Position numbers and translations under genes: made by a program. Positions 1 through 13,944 of a stretch of 64,000 bases of DNA are shown here, piece by piece. The notes under the pieces are model-generated. The model had not been told where the DNA came from and ran no database searches. It was given only the letters and a program-made list of their open reading frames with translations. Numbering within the stretch: the first letter of the stretch is position 1; each line of letters opens with the position of its first letter. Location of the stretch: positions 261,516,001 through 261,580,000 of the forward strand of contig CM126204.1 in assembly GCA_052327205.1 (NCBI GenBank), read 5' to 3'. The DNA comes from Somniosus microcephalus. Lineage: Eukaryota.

Positions 1-442
1 CGGGGCTTTCGTTTCCACATAATTGGTTAGCAAAATAGTTTAATCTACTCATGTTACCATTAGTCTGAATGACTTTTCTGAGCATTGATTGCTCCTGCAC
101 TCACATATTTTGACATATGCATATTACTAACGAGTTGGGTTCAGTCTTTACCAGTTGCTGCTAATTTAGTTTATTGGGAATGACAAAAGTGCCTCCTCCA
201 ATTCTGGGATTTACAAAATGAATTGCAGTGTGAAAATCAGAAGTACTAATTATTGTACTTGATAAAATTTAAACCAAAATAATGAAGGTCTTCATTTTTT
301 GAAACTATTTGATTTTATTATTGGCCGCAAGGGCCAATGTTACCACTGACCTGTAATACACATGGATTCAAGACCTGATCTGCTGAGTTTGAAACATTGA
401 GTATTAGCCTTCTGACTTTGCTTCCTCTTGTTTTAAATACAG

Positions 443-1349
443 GCCTCATTAATGCAACTTTTAAAGGAGAGAAAAGTGGCCTGACTTTCAGAGGAAATGG
501 CAAGATCAAGCGAGAGCTCACCAACATTACATTTAGTCTTCGAACGAGGGACTCGAATGCTGTCATACTCCATGCTGAAAAGGAGCAAGACTTTATCACA
601 GTTGGTATCCAGAAGTGCTATTTAATATTTATGATACAAAGTGGGAATAACCTGGGCAACCTGAGCCTACTCAGCTCAACAGCAATAAGCGATGGTCTCT
701 GGCATGACATTACTTTTTTCATGATAGATCCCTTACTTCAGTATTCCAGGTGGCAGATGGAGATAGACAAGAAAGAAGAGACTGTGACCAGTGCAGTTGT
801 CAGTGGGAACCTGAACTTTCTGTCAGAAGGAACAGACATTTATCTAGGGAGTGGAGGTCCTGAAAAAAGAGCCAGCCTCGCAGGATGCCTGAACACGATG
901 AAACTTGGTGGCATCACCTTATCATACTTTGCAAATGATAATATGCACATTATCAAACCTCAACGAGACCAATTTATCAAAACATCCTCCAATTCCGTAT
1001 TATTGGGCTGCCCAATGAAGAACATTTGTGTATCCAATCCGTGTAAAAACAATGGGAGCTGTGAGGACATGGTTAGTTATTATCAATGTAGCTGTCCTTC
1101 AGGCTGGACAGGCCTGAACTGTGAAGTCAACATCAATGAGTGTCAGTCAAGTCCATGCATTCATGGCAACTGCACTGACAAAGTCTCAGCATACAAATGT
1201 ATATGTAAACCTGGCTTCAGGGGCACTAATTGCGAAGTGAACATAGACAACTGTCGAAAGCACAAGTGTGTAAATGGAGCTACGTGCATTGATGCCATAG
1301 ACAGTTACTCATGTAGTTGTCCTAATAACTTCACTGGAAGATTTTGTGA
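443..1349 (+). CDS. CRB1: CRB1 internal coding exon (equivalent of human exon 9): third laminin-G domain plus three EGF-like repeats
   Basis: Acceptor ttttaaatacAG|gc at 441-442 and donor tttgtga|GTaagt at 1350; 907 nt. Translation (..[61 protein letters not shown]) is collinear with human CRB1 as recalled ([45 protein letters not shown]). The ORF-track start at 397 is intronic. Confidence 0.96.
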
Positions 1350-2162
1350 GTAAGTAGAAATGAATTCTAAAAATAGAATTAAAACTGGTGACGTTAACCT
1401 GCTCTTACTTTGCAACACAGTTTATAGTCTTTATGTGAATTAGTATATAAGTAACTAATACAGATACCTTTGTTTTGTTCATGACTATCTAGTTTCTTCT
1501 CAAATTGCTATATCTAATTGATGATTCATCCCAGACACTTCCATCAACTTAGGGGTTCACCAAGGCACTATACTTACACTGACCCTTGTCCTTCTTGCAA
1601 GATGTTTGAGTCTATGAGCACAGTTGTAACTGTGCAGTACTATTGGGTGATTGCAGGCATGATGCAAGCCACATTATCCACTGCAAGCCAGCAGGAAAAA
1701 CAAATGCGATTAAGCACACATAGTACTTCCACCAACTTTGCTTCAGGCAAGGACAACTGCTAGTGATAATGATGTTATTTCAAATTTATCCATAACTATA
1801 TCATATCTTTTGTAGAAAGCATGGCAAAAGCAAAGTGTTACGTCGTATTTAGGAAAGTCCTCTCGAGATAATACTGAAATAATATTGGCAACGATTAGCT
1901 TAACACTCATAGTTTGTGTGGTGATCTGAAATTGTGTTAAGTAGATAGCTCATTTTTGGCAAACAGCAGGACAATGATGCATTGAAGGAACTTGAGGAAG
2001 AAAATAAGGGCATAGCAATAGAATCAGAGGAGTTTATACTGCCAATTTAGCATTGCCAGAGACACTAAACAGATTCTGGAGCCTAGTGGTGTGAGACTGG
2101 GAAGAGATAGTTTCATACTGTTTTGATTTGATACTGCATGGAATATAACTTCAGTGCAGCAT

Positions 2163-2680
2163 CAACAATAATTTGCATTCATATAGCACCTTTAACATAG
2201 TAAAACATCCCAAGGCGCTTCATACCAGTGTTATCGGACAAAAATGTACACCGAGCCAAGAAGGAGATATTAGGACAGGTAACCAAAAGCTTGGTCAAAG
2301 AGGTACATTTTAAAGGAGCATCTTAAAGGAGGAGAGAGAGGTGGTGAGACAGAGAAATTTAGCGAGGGAATTCTGAAGCTTAGGACCTAGGCAGCTGCCG
2401 GCACGGCCACCAATGGTGGGGCAAAGGAGGTGGGGGATGCACAAGAGGCCAGAGCTGCATGAACGCAGAGATCTCGGAGGGTTATAGGACTGGAGGAGGT
2501 TACAGAGATAGGGAACAGCGATGCCATGGAGGGATTTGATAACATGGATAAGAATTTTTTTATTTTTATAAAAGAGCTGTTAGTGGACCGGGAGCCAATG
2601 TAGGTCAGTGAGCACAGGGGTGAAGGGTGAACTGGACTTGGTGTGAGTTAATATATAGGCAGCAGAGTTTTGGATGAACA
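2163..2680 (-). mobile_element. L2-like / SINE-tail repeat
   Basis: caacaataatttgcattcatatagcacctttaacatagtaaaacatcccaaggcgcttca.. homologous to the element starting at 13945. Confidence 0.75.
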
Positions 2681-2713
2681 TCAAACCTGGCTTAACAACT
2701 CTTTGAACTTACC

Positions 2714-3028
2714 CAGAGTTGATGTAAATGTTTAGAAAGAGCAGAAGCGCCCACACGCCCCTCCCCCTTGCTCCACCCCCTCCCACCCACCCACTCTGAC
2801 GTGAATCAGTCATTCATGAAAAAAACTTATGAAATAATACTGAGCGGACTGCGGGTGGCGCTGTCCAGGGAGAGTATAAATACTCGGGCACGGGCCCAGC
2901 TTGTGCAGGACATTCTTAACAGGAACTAGTGAAGGACACAACTAGACCTCCATGTTGTAAAACAGTTGATTAAAGCCTTGTTTAACGCTTAGACCAAGTG
3001 CCGAGTAGTTTTCTTACGTCACACTCTG
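2714..3028 (+). repeat. Solo-LTR-like element with ~15-bp imperfect terminal inverted repeat
   Basis: cagagttgatgtaa at the start and ttacgtcacactctg at the end. Internal GC boxes, TATAAA (~2875) and ATTAAA (~2969) in U3-R-U5 order. No clear TSD. Confidence 0.45.
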
Positions 3029-6000
3029 CTGTCAAGATATTTATGGTTTAACTGGTGGGAGGGAGTCATGCTCATACTTGCCCTCTCCTGGGCAAGAAAA
3101 TTGCTCTTGGAGCGGTGCCATATAAACAATGGGCTGCTTGATGGAACAGGTACTGAAAGATCTCGTGCTGATATCTGCAGTCAATTCTCTTTTACTCGCA
3201 GTAAAAGAGAACGTGAAAATAATTGGGATCCACACAGTCCGACCTCACCATGCCCTTGGCACCAGTTTCCGCCTGTTTCATTACAGTGACTCATTTCATG
3301 CATTAAGAAATGGTCATTCGGGCTGCAACCATATTTCTAAAAGCTGCTCTTTACCAAATAAAGAATTAGAACCCAAAAGTCAATTTGTTGACTGGCTGTT
3401 GATAATCGATCAGATAGGAGATAATTAAATAATCTTAATTGCGGCAATAAAAATGTTACCGATTTGACTAGTTTAAAAAAACCTCAAAAGAACATTCACC
3501 AATATGTGCAGGAAATATTTTTCCGTTTTCAGAAAATTACCTCGAATTATTAATAAGGCTGGGGAGTGAAAAAATAATTTTGCTGTAATATCATTGTTAT
3601 ATGATGTTGTTTCGGAAATCCTCATAATCCTTTGCAAGAGATTAGACTCTAATTAGTTTTGTCTCAGATATTTCATCAATACCTGTATTACGATTCAGGC
3701 TTTTTCCAAAACTGCTTTCTTGTGTACACAGCCTGACAATAGTTTCCATAACTAGACCAGGACTTGAAACCCGTGTCTTTCACCCTGTGTCACACTGAAT
3801 TATCATAGCCCAAGGCTAATAATGATCCTATGGGGTAGTAATACTGAACAGTGGAACTTATGTTGGCCTCCCATTGCATCTGTCATCAAACTGGACAGTG
3901 GAAAATATCAAACACTAGATTCACTTTGTCAAAACAAATTTATTTACAATTAGACGATTTACAAAAATCATAGAATCATAGAATAGTACAGCACAGAAGG
4001 AGGCCATTCGGCCCATTGAGTCTGCGCTGGCTCTTTTGAAGAGCAATCCAGCTAGTCCCCCTCCCCTCCCAATATTAGATCATGTATATTGTTGATTTAC
4101 CCTTTTCAAGCATCAGACTTCCTTTAGTTGAAGCCAAATAGTGCAGCAAATATGCTTTCGGCTCTCCTTACAGTTTTTTGGAATAGAGCAGGTAAACCTT
4201 CAATTATCCCTTGCTAAACACAATATGGGGTGAATTTTAACTCAGAGCGGGTAAACCATTCCAGTGAGTTAAGTTCTTGCCCGCCAGAGGCAGCAGGAGG
4301 CCATGGTGATTTTAACCGCTGGGTCTCATTAAAGTGTTGCCGATCAATTTCCCACCCGGACCAGGGGTGCAGCGGGCACAGAGTGGTTGTTGGTAAGGGA
4401 AGATTGGGCAGCACTTGGCTTGCTTCCAGGGTAAGTGGCAGAGTAGGGGGTTTCAGGAGAGTCTCGTGGGAGGAAAAGAGGGAATCCAGGAAAAGAGAAG
4501 TTGTGACTTTCCTTATGGGGCCTGGAGGAGTGCTTCCGCCCCTCTTGGCCCCACAGTGGAAATCTGTGACTCACTTGGAGGGCCTTTTTATCCTTTGTCC
4601 AGCTGCCGATCTGCTTCAGTGTGGCGAGAAAGCCATAGCGGCTTCGCCACTCAGGCCCTGGTTAAAATGTCATCGCAGTCCTATTGACAGAACAGGACTC
4701 TGATCTGCAAATTCATGAGGCTCTCACCTGCTTTAGGTGGGTGCCTCATTTGCCTGCAAAACCCTGCAGCTTAATATCAGCGGGAAAATGTCGAGCGGCT
4801 AAGTAACCTGCTTGTTTTTATCTGCCTGCCTGGTTTGAACCCCATAACCTCTTTCAGGAAGAGACATGGAATACACGAGCTCCACATGCTCACAAGAGTT
4901 CTATGCACCCCAACATTTATTGATCTCTACTGTCAGCTGATCATTGATAGATTCTTGTGCTTTATACCTTTAATTCCTTTGATGTAAAATCTCTTTCTTT
5001 ACAGGTTGTGCTTAATTGCCAACTTTATCAAGATTACAAATCATGCACAAATAGCAAGGTAGCTGCTAAACAGGTTGTCACATGCCTGCATCAAACCCAG
5101 GAAATATTGGGCTATGTTTTAACAGGTCAGATTCAAACAGCTAATAGTTGTACAACACATTCCTACATGAACAACTGACTATAACTACAGCATTTTAAAC
5201 ACAGTGGGACTGAAATTCTGTGGCTTTCTGACGCACCCCTACCATAATGCCGCCGGGAATGTGGTGTGGTAGGGCCAGAAAACAAAGTCGGGAACCAAGA
5301 TACGCTAGTGTGCCAGCCTTCAATTGAATTCCCAATCAGCCTCCAGCCACTTCTTACAAGGCCAGTGAATCAAAGAGGGAGGGAGCAGAGGCAGGGCTGG
5401 GGCTTGGTCGGGGCAGGGAATCCCCATGACCACGGCCTGGCAGAAGATTGGGCCATTTTTGGAGGCTGGTGCACCCAGTGAGAAGAGGCCTTCTGGCTTC
5501 TTGATGGATTTGTGGACGACCTTAAGGGTCCATGCTAGAGCAGTGCCCTGGACCTGCACCCCCCCTCCCCCCCAACCCAACCCGCATCAACATTCTTTAT
5601 GAGCTGATGGAGCGTCCTTACATAACCAACTGCTGTGAGCGTCTACAGTTTCCATTTCCAAACCTATGCGACATTTCATCACTTTTGACAATTTTCTATT
5701 AACCATGGCCTTTTATAATGGAAAAGACTCTTTTGTTCCTCCCCTCACCAACATTCTGCCAACTTGGTGTGGAAAGCAACAGGACACATCTATAACATTT
5801 GGCCTATTGCACTGAGTTTACATCTTCACTATCTTTTCATTCCACCAACATCACTTATTTGGCTTTAGCTAAACATTTGTTAGTTTATTAGAGACATTGT
5901 CGAAACTTTTCCACCAATAATAAACTCCCCTGTTTAACAAATTCTGATTTTTTTTAATTGAAATTTTAATTTATTTCCTGTACTACAGATTAATAATTCG

Positions 6001-7307
6001 TGTGATGGAGATGGCTTGAAAAGTAGCTTCAATAATGCTTAGTCAGTAAAACCTTGTGACCGATAACAAGCTCTTTTAATAAAGTCTGGTCAGGTATATT
6101 GCATCAAAGTATCTTTCAGAAAAATGCTGTACATGAAATCAACTTCAGATCTTTTGGATGCAGAATCCATAAAAAAAAAGAAATGTTATGCTTTTTTTAG
6201 GTTATGCATACATGCATATCTTAGTACTGGGTGGCACAGACCACCTTTCACTTTCAAGCATTGGATTCAAATCTAGCCCAAACAGATGGTATAGCAACCT
6301 TCTCTCTTTTTTTTTATATAGCTGTTAAAGGTCCTGTGTAAAATTAGTTTCAGCAGTCTCAACCCAGCTTCTGACAGGCTTAGGTCCATAGTGCAAAAGT
6401 GGCCTCATTCTGAACCAATTGTCAATCAATTGGCAGTTTTACTCTGTAATGTCTTGAAAAATAGAAATCTCGCAAGGGTACAGTAAAGAGGTTTTGTAAT
6501 CTTGTTGGGGGTTAAAGCACATTATTGAACACAGTAAAGAGTGTTTTACCCTGCATATCACAGAATCATACAGCACAGAAGGAGGCCATTTGGCCCATCA
6601 TATAGCCTATGCGGTATCTGATTGGGGAACAGTCAATGATGAGACTGGGTGCAAAATATAGAAAAGGTTCCTACATCCCTTGACTTTCCGTGTTTTGTAA
6701 ATTAACTGAAGACAGATATACAAAGCAGAAAACGGATATTAATTTCTCAAAGATCGCGAATTGGAGAGTGGAGCAGCAGTCCTCGGGCAATGGCTGAAGT
6801 TGAAGCAATGCACAGGAAGGTGGGCAGGTTTAATGTCTTGCAAGTTGGGCAAATTTATCCCCATTACAGCAGAGGAGGACAAGCCATGTTGGTGATTTGA
6901 GGAGCTGGTATTTGGAAAATATAAAAAGAGAATGGAGGAGCTGTCATGCATTAAATAATCCAAATAGATACAACAGTCAATAAAACAATATCTATCTCTT
7001 GTACAACTGGCATGAATCAAATGTGAAAGTGCTGTGTTCCCCCCTCACATGCAAGTGCTGCTTGGTGACCAATGTGAAATTGTCAGCTGTGAGTATTGCA
7101 CCTAACCTCAGGATGCTTAATGCTGCAAAGATGGGGAAAAGAATGTTGAATTCTCCGATACCAACATTCCTGGCCTTTGTGAATATAAACACGTGGAATA
7201 AAAGAGATAAAGCACTTAATATGTGACTGCACCAAGACATTTGGATAGTATAATCATAATCAGTAATTAAAATAGAATTAATGCATTCAAATTTTCTTTT
7301 GTCATAG

Positions 7308-7433
7308 ATATCCTAGATTATCTTCTACATTCTGCATTGATGAGAAGAAAAATTGGACCTGTTATAATGGGGGAAATTGTACTGATGGGCAGAATACAAG
7401 GTGTCTCTGCCCAATAGGATTCATTGGAAGACG
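7308..7433 (+). CDS. CRB1: CRB1 coding exon (exon 10 equivalent), EGF-like repeat
   Basis: Acceptor ttttctttgtcatAG|a and donor acg|GTaagt; 126 nt, phase 2/2, compatible with both neighbours. Encodes [41 protein letters not shown], similar to human [31 protein letters not shown]. Not in the ORF track. Confidence 0.93.
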
Positions 7434-9465
7434 GTAAGTGAAACACAAACTGAACGTGCTCAGACATATTCTGGGCCAATTAGCACTACCAGGGAAGAGA
7501 CATTCAGAGATGAATCACTTTCTGAGAGGTAGATTGGGGAAGAAGAAAAAAAGCATTCAAAGAGCAAGACTCCCAGGCTGCTCTTATTGCACCTAGCTCC
7601 TAGCAACCACATCGAGATCAGTGTAGGCAAGAACCTGGATATAACTCACCAGCACAGCCATTCAGCAAGGAACAGTAGAAGACACAAAGGCAGCTAAATA
7701 AAATCTGAGCAAAACAATTAAAGGGAGATCACTGCCATCTGGGGAGACAAAAAGCCGAGATGATCTCTGCAGTAAATTCATTAATATATGTATCACATGT
7801 TGAGTGTTCATAAACAGATGGAAAAGCATTCACCTATTTCCCAATAATTTTACAGGGAACAATATTCCTTTAAAATCAAAGCTAAAATAGAAATAAAAAG
7901 GAATATGATAACGTGCACATACTTGCTCCTTCTCTATATCCAATCTATCCTCCGATAACTGTTTTATCAGGAGAAACTCTGGAATTTTCTTATCTCACAG
8001 ATTTATTGTTAGAAAAAACATGGAACAATATGTTTGATCCAAAATTTTTATTCTGTCCTTATCTGTCACTTTGAATTTTGGCACATGCTCATTTTAAATA
8101 ATAGCAAGTGATGGAAGCAGCTTTCTCAATATCCAACTTGCTGAGCATGTGCAGGAGGTGGTAACAAGCATTGCTAGGGTGAAAGTTTGGATTCATGTCA
8201 TGTTTTGCCATCATTGCTATGTTCCATCACAGAAAGGATACAATCCTGGACAATCTCAATGTCATATCTCAGGACTTCTGACCAATTTTCTACAGAAAGG
8301 ATTTGGAAAAGAGTTACATTTAAATGTTAGGGTTTTAAAGCAAAGTGTATTCACATGAGCTTTTTCTAAAAAAAACCTTTGAGATGAAAGGTTAAAGTTG
8401 TTTCTCAAGAGGCCATAAACAATAAGCAATTTGCTAGCCTTTCTCAATAATCAATAAACAGCTCCTACCCCTTGTGTTGGGAGGACCCATCAGCAGGAGT
8501 TGTCTGCTGTAGAACCCTTCCCTCAGGTTGTGAACACAGGGAGAAAAAAAGCAGAGACAGAAACACTCACTGGCAGTCGGGTTTTTAAAGAGAAAGCTGC
8601 AGGAACAAGCTTTCACCAGACTCTGAAGGCTAAAATACAGGAGGGAGGTTAGAGGTTATTTTGCTTAAGTCAAGCAAGATGACCCACTGATGTGGGGATA
8701 CCTAATATGTTTGTTATTTGTATTATTTCAAGAAGCCAAATTGTACTCATCAGTACAAATTGTACTGATTGAAGTGAGTCTGAGGATAGCTTACTCTGTA
8801 CATTCACTTGCTGTGAAATAAAGCAGCTTAATGATTCATACTTAGCCTTATCTTACCAAATGTTTTCTCAGTCAACCTTTGAAAAAAGAGTGCAGAAGTG
8901 CTCATGGGTCACAAGTGAAAGACGTGAATATGCTATTGCACAGTTAGATATTGGACAGTACGGGCACACCCTGAAACACAAGACACTCAGATCACGTATA
9001 GGAGTGACGAGCACTGCTGTAACGTAAAGAATGTCTAAGACGCAAACTTGTAACACTCCATAATACAGTGGTAGACAGTGGTTTGAGAAAATTACTGGAA
9101 CAGCAGGAGTGAACAATGGATAGAAAGATGCTAGATATTAAGTAATATCCTACGAGTTCATTCTGTAAAGAAGCAACTATATTTATCTGACTGGCTACTC
9201 TTATGCATACAGTGCTAATCTATATAGCTCTTAATAGTCAAATTGGCTAATGGATTGAGAAACTTAATCAAGCAGAAATTTAGGATGGTCAGGCTTGCAG
9301 ACTCCTGCCGATTGCAGCACAGTTACAGCTCACCTTCTTTAGGATTTGTTTTGGCTTAGGGTGATACCTAAATAAAACCCTGATGGGCAATATTCCTTCA
9401 ACATCAGAATAAAACAAATCTGCCTGAAATGTTTTATATGAAGTCTCCTTCTGAACATCCTGCAG

Positions 9466-9592
9466 ATGCGAAGTCGACATTGATGAATGTGAATCGGGCC
9501 CTTGTCTCAACGGAGGTTTCTGCCAAAACTTGCCCAATAAGTTTCACTGCATCTGCGACATGAGTTTTGCCGGTGACCGCTGTGAGTTTGAT
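9466..9592 (+). CDS. CRB1: CRB1 coding exon (exon 11 equivalent), last calcium-binding EGF repeat
   Basis: Acceptor catcctgcAG|a and donor gat|GTaagc; 127 nt, phase 2/0. Encodes [42 protein letters not shown]. Confidence 0.95.
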
Positions 9593-9703
9593 GTAAGCGA
9601 TTTCTCCTTTTTCATCTCTTTATTACTCTGGCAGCATCTTTTTCAGCTTCTCTCCTACTTCATACTACGAATGGATGATGAACCAGCAATTGAGTGGGGT
9701 TGA
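9593..9703 (+). CDS. CRB1: Alternative CRB1 C-terminus by read-through of the exon-11 donor (CRB1-B-type tail)
   Basis: In-frame continuation [36 protein letters not shown] closely resembles the human read-through tail as recalled (VSSLSFYVSLLFWQNLFQLLSYLILRMNDEPVVEWG..). AATAAA follows at 9724-9729. Confidence 0.88.
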   Translation, partial: VSDFSFFISLLLWQHLFQLLSYFILRMDDEPAIEWG

Positions 9704-9723
9704 AGCTCTTGCATAACCAAGCC

Positions 9724-9729
9724 AATAAA
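9724..9729 (+). terminator. Candidate polyadenylation signal for the read-through (CRB1-B-type) transcript
   Basis: AATAAA 20 nt after the TGA at 9701-9703, followed by GT-rich sequence. Confidence 0.5.
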
Positions 9730-10489
9730 TCAGTTTGTCTAAAAAGGACGGTACAATTATGATATGCCCCTATTGTTTGTGATACTTCATACTGTTTGGA
9801 AACAGGTTATGAACAGAGTTTTTATTAACCCTGTGAAAACTCAAAGCCCTTTTTGGCTTTCAATATATATAACTTTTAACATAGATTATCTGGGGAAATT
9901 ATTTTCTGTAAACATTTAGCATTAGATATTTTTAAATAGAATTTAACACACATAACTAAAAGATTGCGTATTTTACTGTAGTTTGGGAATAAATAAATAT
10001 CGTGATTATCTCATATTTTGGTTTCCAGTGCAGATTAAATAAAAAGAAATAGTGTAGCTGGTTTAAAATCCTTGGTTTCCCCAGGGTGAAGTACAGTGCA
10101 CTGGGATGATCAACTATTTTCACCTCATTTTGGTGTTTAGCAGATTTAATTACCATGCTCTGCAATTTTCTTTCAGCTAAAAATGATCCTGTTACAAAGA
10201 TATATTACAGCCCACTTTTAAAAATGCAATTTTACTCTACAATATCACAGTTAACTACCTCAGTATATTCCTGGGACTAGTATTCTATGATCATGAGTCC
10301 ACAAAATTTTGGGGGGAAAAATATATAAAGCTCCAGTTATAAGCAACAGATTTTAAAAATCTGATGGTGCAGAATTTCACTCAAAACTAATTGGATATTG
10401 CAGGCCTGAGAAATCTGGAGTACAACTCAAGTGGCTTTTATGTTATTTTCAAAGATTTGAATGCTTGTATACAAAGGCATACTCGTTTA

Positions 10490-10935
10490 CATAGAATTGC
10501 ATAAAACTTTACAGCACAGAAATGGGATATTCGGCCCAATTGGTCTATGCCGGTGTCTATGCTCCACACGAGCCTCCTCCCACCTTACTTCATCTCACCC
10601 TATCATCATATCCTTCTATTCCTTGCTCCCTCATTTGCTTATCTATCTTCCCCTTAACTGCATCCGTGCTATTCAGCTCAACCACTTCCTATGGTAGCAA
10701 GTTTCACATTCTCACCACACTCTTGAGTAAAGAAGTTTCTCCTGAATTCCTTATTGGATTTATTAATGACTATCTTATGCTTACGACCCCTAGTTTTGAC
10801 TCCCCCACTAGTGGAAACATCTTCTCTATGTTTACCCTATCAAACCCCTTCACAACTTTAAAGACCTCTATCAGGTTACCTCTCAGTCTTCTCTTTCCTA
10901 GAAAAAAAAATCCCCAGCCTATTCATTCTTTCCTG
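10490..10935 (-). mobile_element. CR1-clade LINE 3' fragment
   Basis: Homologous to 14272-14700 and 33567-34005 (tatgctccacacgagcctcct..caaccac..gtggaaacat..aagacc.ctat.agg). Confidence 0.8.
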
Positions 10936-13900
10936 ATGTTTAATTTTAAAAAATAAAAATTGAATCTTAAGTGTACAAAAGGCACTGCGGTGGTGCCACA
11001 TGCTCAAACATCATAGACTGATCTCCCAATGCCACCACATTCCTGATCTCAGTCACAGGACTATGGGGACGTACCAACTGGAGTGCAAGTGCTTCTTCAC
11101 AGAGGAAGGGCAAACCAGGCTGTTCTGTCACGCGTCTAGGACCTGGCTTTTTTAGAGCAGCATTGCTGGTTACCCAAAGCAGGTCACCCATCTGTGCAGG
11201 GCTATAGGGAAAGAGCAGGGGTGTGGGAATAATTGGAGAGCTCTTTCAAAAAGCCGGCACAGGCATGAAGGGACGAATGGCCTCCTTCTGTGATGCATCA
11301 TTCTATGATCTGTGCTTTTGGGTATGGGTGGTACCCGACAACGGGGAAACTAATTGGGGGAGAAAAGGAAAATAAAATGATCAAACCAAATTTTCAGTCC
11401 ATTCACAAACTGTTAAGGAAAAGAAAATAAACTGCTTGTTATATATTGGAATAACACTTGGAAATAAAGTCACTGCACAAGCTCAAGTGATACAGAGTGA
11501 AGTCTCACTCACCTCAGATCAAATCAAATCCACCTTTAAAATCAAACTCCTTCCCATTGCTTATTAATTCAATTAATGTGAATATGAACACCCCGAGTCA
11601 CAATAGCAAATATGAGAAAATCGGATGCACTAATTGGCTATAATAGTTCGATGTTAGAAAATGAAGGCCCAATGTTCACCTTCAGAGGCTCTAGCACAAA
11701 CCTGGCCACGACAGTGGAACTGCTTCCAACTAGCGACAAGTAATTCTCATCAAGGTACAGAGCAATGTACAAGCAAATTCACTGGGTGGTACATCTGCCG
11801 CAATGCCAGACTTGCAGCACCTCAGAATAGTCCAGCTTCAAATGTTTAAAAAAAATACCAAATAGCTCTATTTGTTTGCTGAACTGTTGACATTTCTGCT
11901 GACCCAGGTAGAAAGTTTCAAATTACAACTGCATGAATTACAGAAATACTTGATGCCATCAAAAACTATACCTGCATCAATGGCATGAGATGAAAATTAA
12001 GCCCTCCTTGCTTAAGTATTTGTACAATGATTTCCACTGTTTTGATTGAAGTGTAAATCTCTCCCTTATGATGTACATTTCCACTGGTAAGTAAGCACTG
12101 ATTTTAACAAGGTTCCACTGCACCGCAATAGTAAGAGCTGCAGAACATTTTAACGCTTTCAGGAAAGTTTGTAAGAGGTTACATTTGATTCTAAAAGCAG
12201 GCTTGCAAGATTTTGCTTCAGAGTGCATTCACACTACAAACTGAGCATTGGTGCAAAGTGGCTTCAGTTTTGCACAATGCTAAACTGTGTAAATCGGGAG
12301 TATCAAACTGACTCCAAGATGAAGTGGAGTGAGACTCTCTCCTTGAGGGAGTCCCACTCCACTTTGTTATGGTTCCAGGTTGAGCGCGGATACCAGATTC
12401 AGGCTGCTTTTACACTATAATTTCAGCATCAGTCAGTGAAAAGATGCAATAGTTGTTGGCTAAGTGCACCATAAGTATCTCACTCCTATTAACTGTGGGA
12501 GTCCTGCCTGCAATTTGTAGCAATCAAGTATTAATATGGACTTGCATTCCTTTGATGGTGGTTGAAATAAGGCACCAAAGTATCTAAAATGTCCGTCTAA
12601 CTGACCAAAACAATTCTTGATTTCCACTTCAGCATTTTGCCAGTGATTTAAGACTGATCAATAAGTGGTTTACAATTCTTGGAAATTAAGTGCTAATCCT
12701 TATCGCTGCTTTGTTTTTGAAAAAATTTCCAACATTAATAAAAAGTCTAAGCACACTGTGGTTATTTTAAGCACTACCTCTATAAGTATTTATATTTAAG
12801 GTTTATAACGGTTCTGATCATTGTTTATTTTATATAAGCATGTGTTACAAATATTTTATTTTTTTCCTGTTTTATTAAGTTATATATTTTTGACTAATGA
12901 TGAATAATAATAAGGTGATACAAATGAAACATGATCTTATTGAATGGTGGAGCAGGCTCGAGGGGCCGTAGGGCCTACTCCTGTTCCTATTTCTTATGTT
13001 CTTGTATGTAATGGAGCTGCCCTGGTCAGAAAACACCGGCCAAGGAGAAGTATGAAATGCACACAAAATACAGTATGATCACTGGTTTATTGAAACAAAA
13101 AATATACATGGGAATACCTGGGTCACTCAAGTTGTGTTTCTTTCCCTGCAGTTTGTACACAGATTTATTTAGTGTATTTTCAGCAACTTGAAACGATAAA
13201 ATTCCATAATAGCCATCAAATTTAGAAAGTAGGAATGCGTGTTGACTTGATTTCCTTGTGGTTTACCATTCACTGTTTCTTACTAACTTCACCAACCATT
13301 TCTAACATTCAATGTCTCGTCACTTTATTTCTCTGTCTGTGTTTTCTTGACTGAACCATTTTATCATTTGACGTAACTCCAGAAGTAAAACAGCTCCCCT
13401 GATTCCTAATGTTCATGATGTTGTTCTGCCTTTCTCTGTACTGCTTTCATATGAAGACTTAATAAACACAACCATCATTGCTGTATTTCCGTCTCTCTGT
13501 TCCGTGTGCTTTGTTTAATGGTAAACATGTGTATATATAAAAAACATACAAAGGGAATGAAGTAACTCTGTGCACATGCTATTGTGTTAGTGTGTTGTAT
13601 TTATTGTGGTCATATTAATGAAGCATGAGCATATTTTTGCCCATACTTCCAAAATTCCTTCCTGGACCTAACCACATTAACTCATGTTAATATTTCTGAT
13701 TCTTTAGGGTACAAGGACAGGGAAATGGGATTAGAACAGCTGGTTCCTGCGGGGAACTAGCACTGGTACAGGCACAACCAAAAAGCCCATACTAAATTTC
13801 TGTGATTCCATACCATAGAAATCCAGCGTTAACATTTGTTTTTGGCTGTTGAATACCAATTAAAGGTGATGAAACAAAATTATTCATGCTTGCCTTTTAA

Positions 13901-13944
13901 CTTTTATCACATTAATTACAACCACTGTAAAGGGGATGTTAAAG

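Noticed and set aside
397-442. Apparent signal-peptide-like start (MSISLLTLLPLVLNTG) of the 318-aa ORF
   Set aside because: It begins at TTG, not ATG, and is the polypyrimidine tract and acceptor of an internal CRB1 exon. Homology starts at 443.
4230-4703. 157-aa ORF and overlapping ORFs
   Set aside because: They lie in a GC-rich MITE-like repeat, have no domain signature and start at a non-ATG codon.
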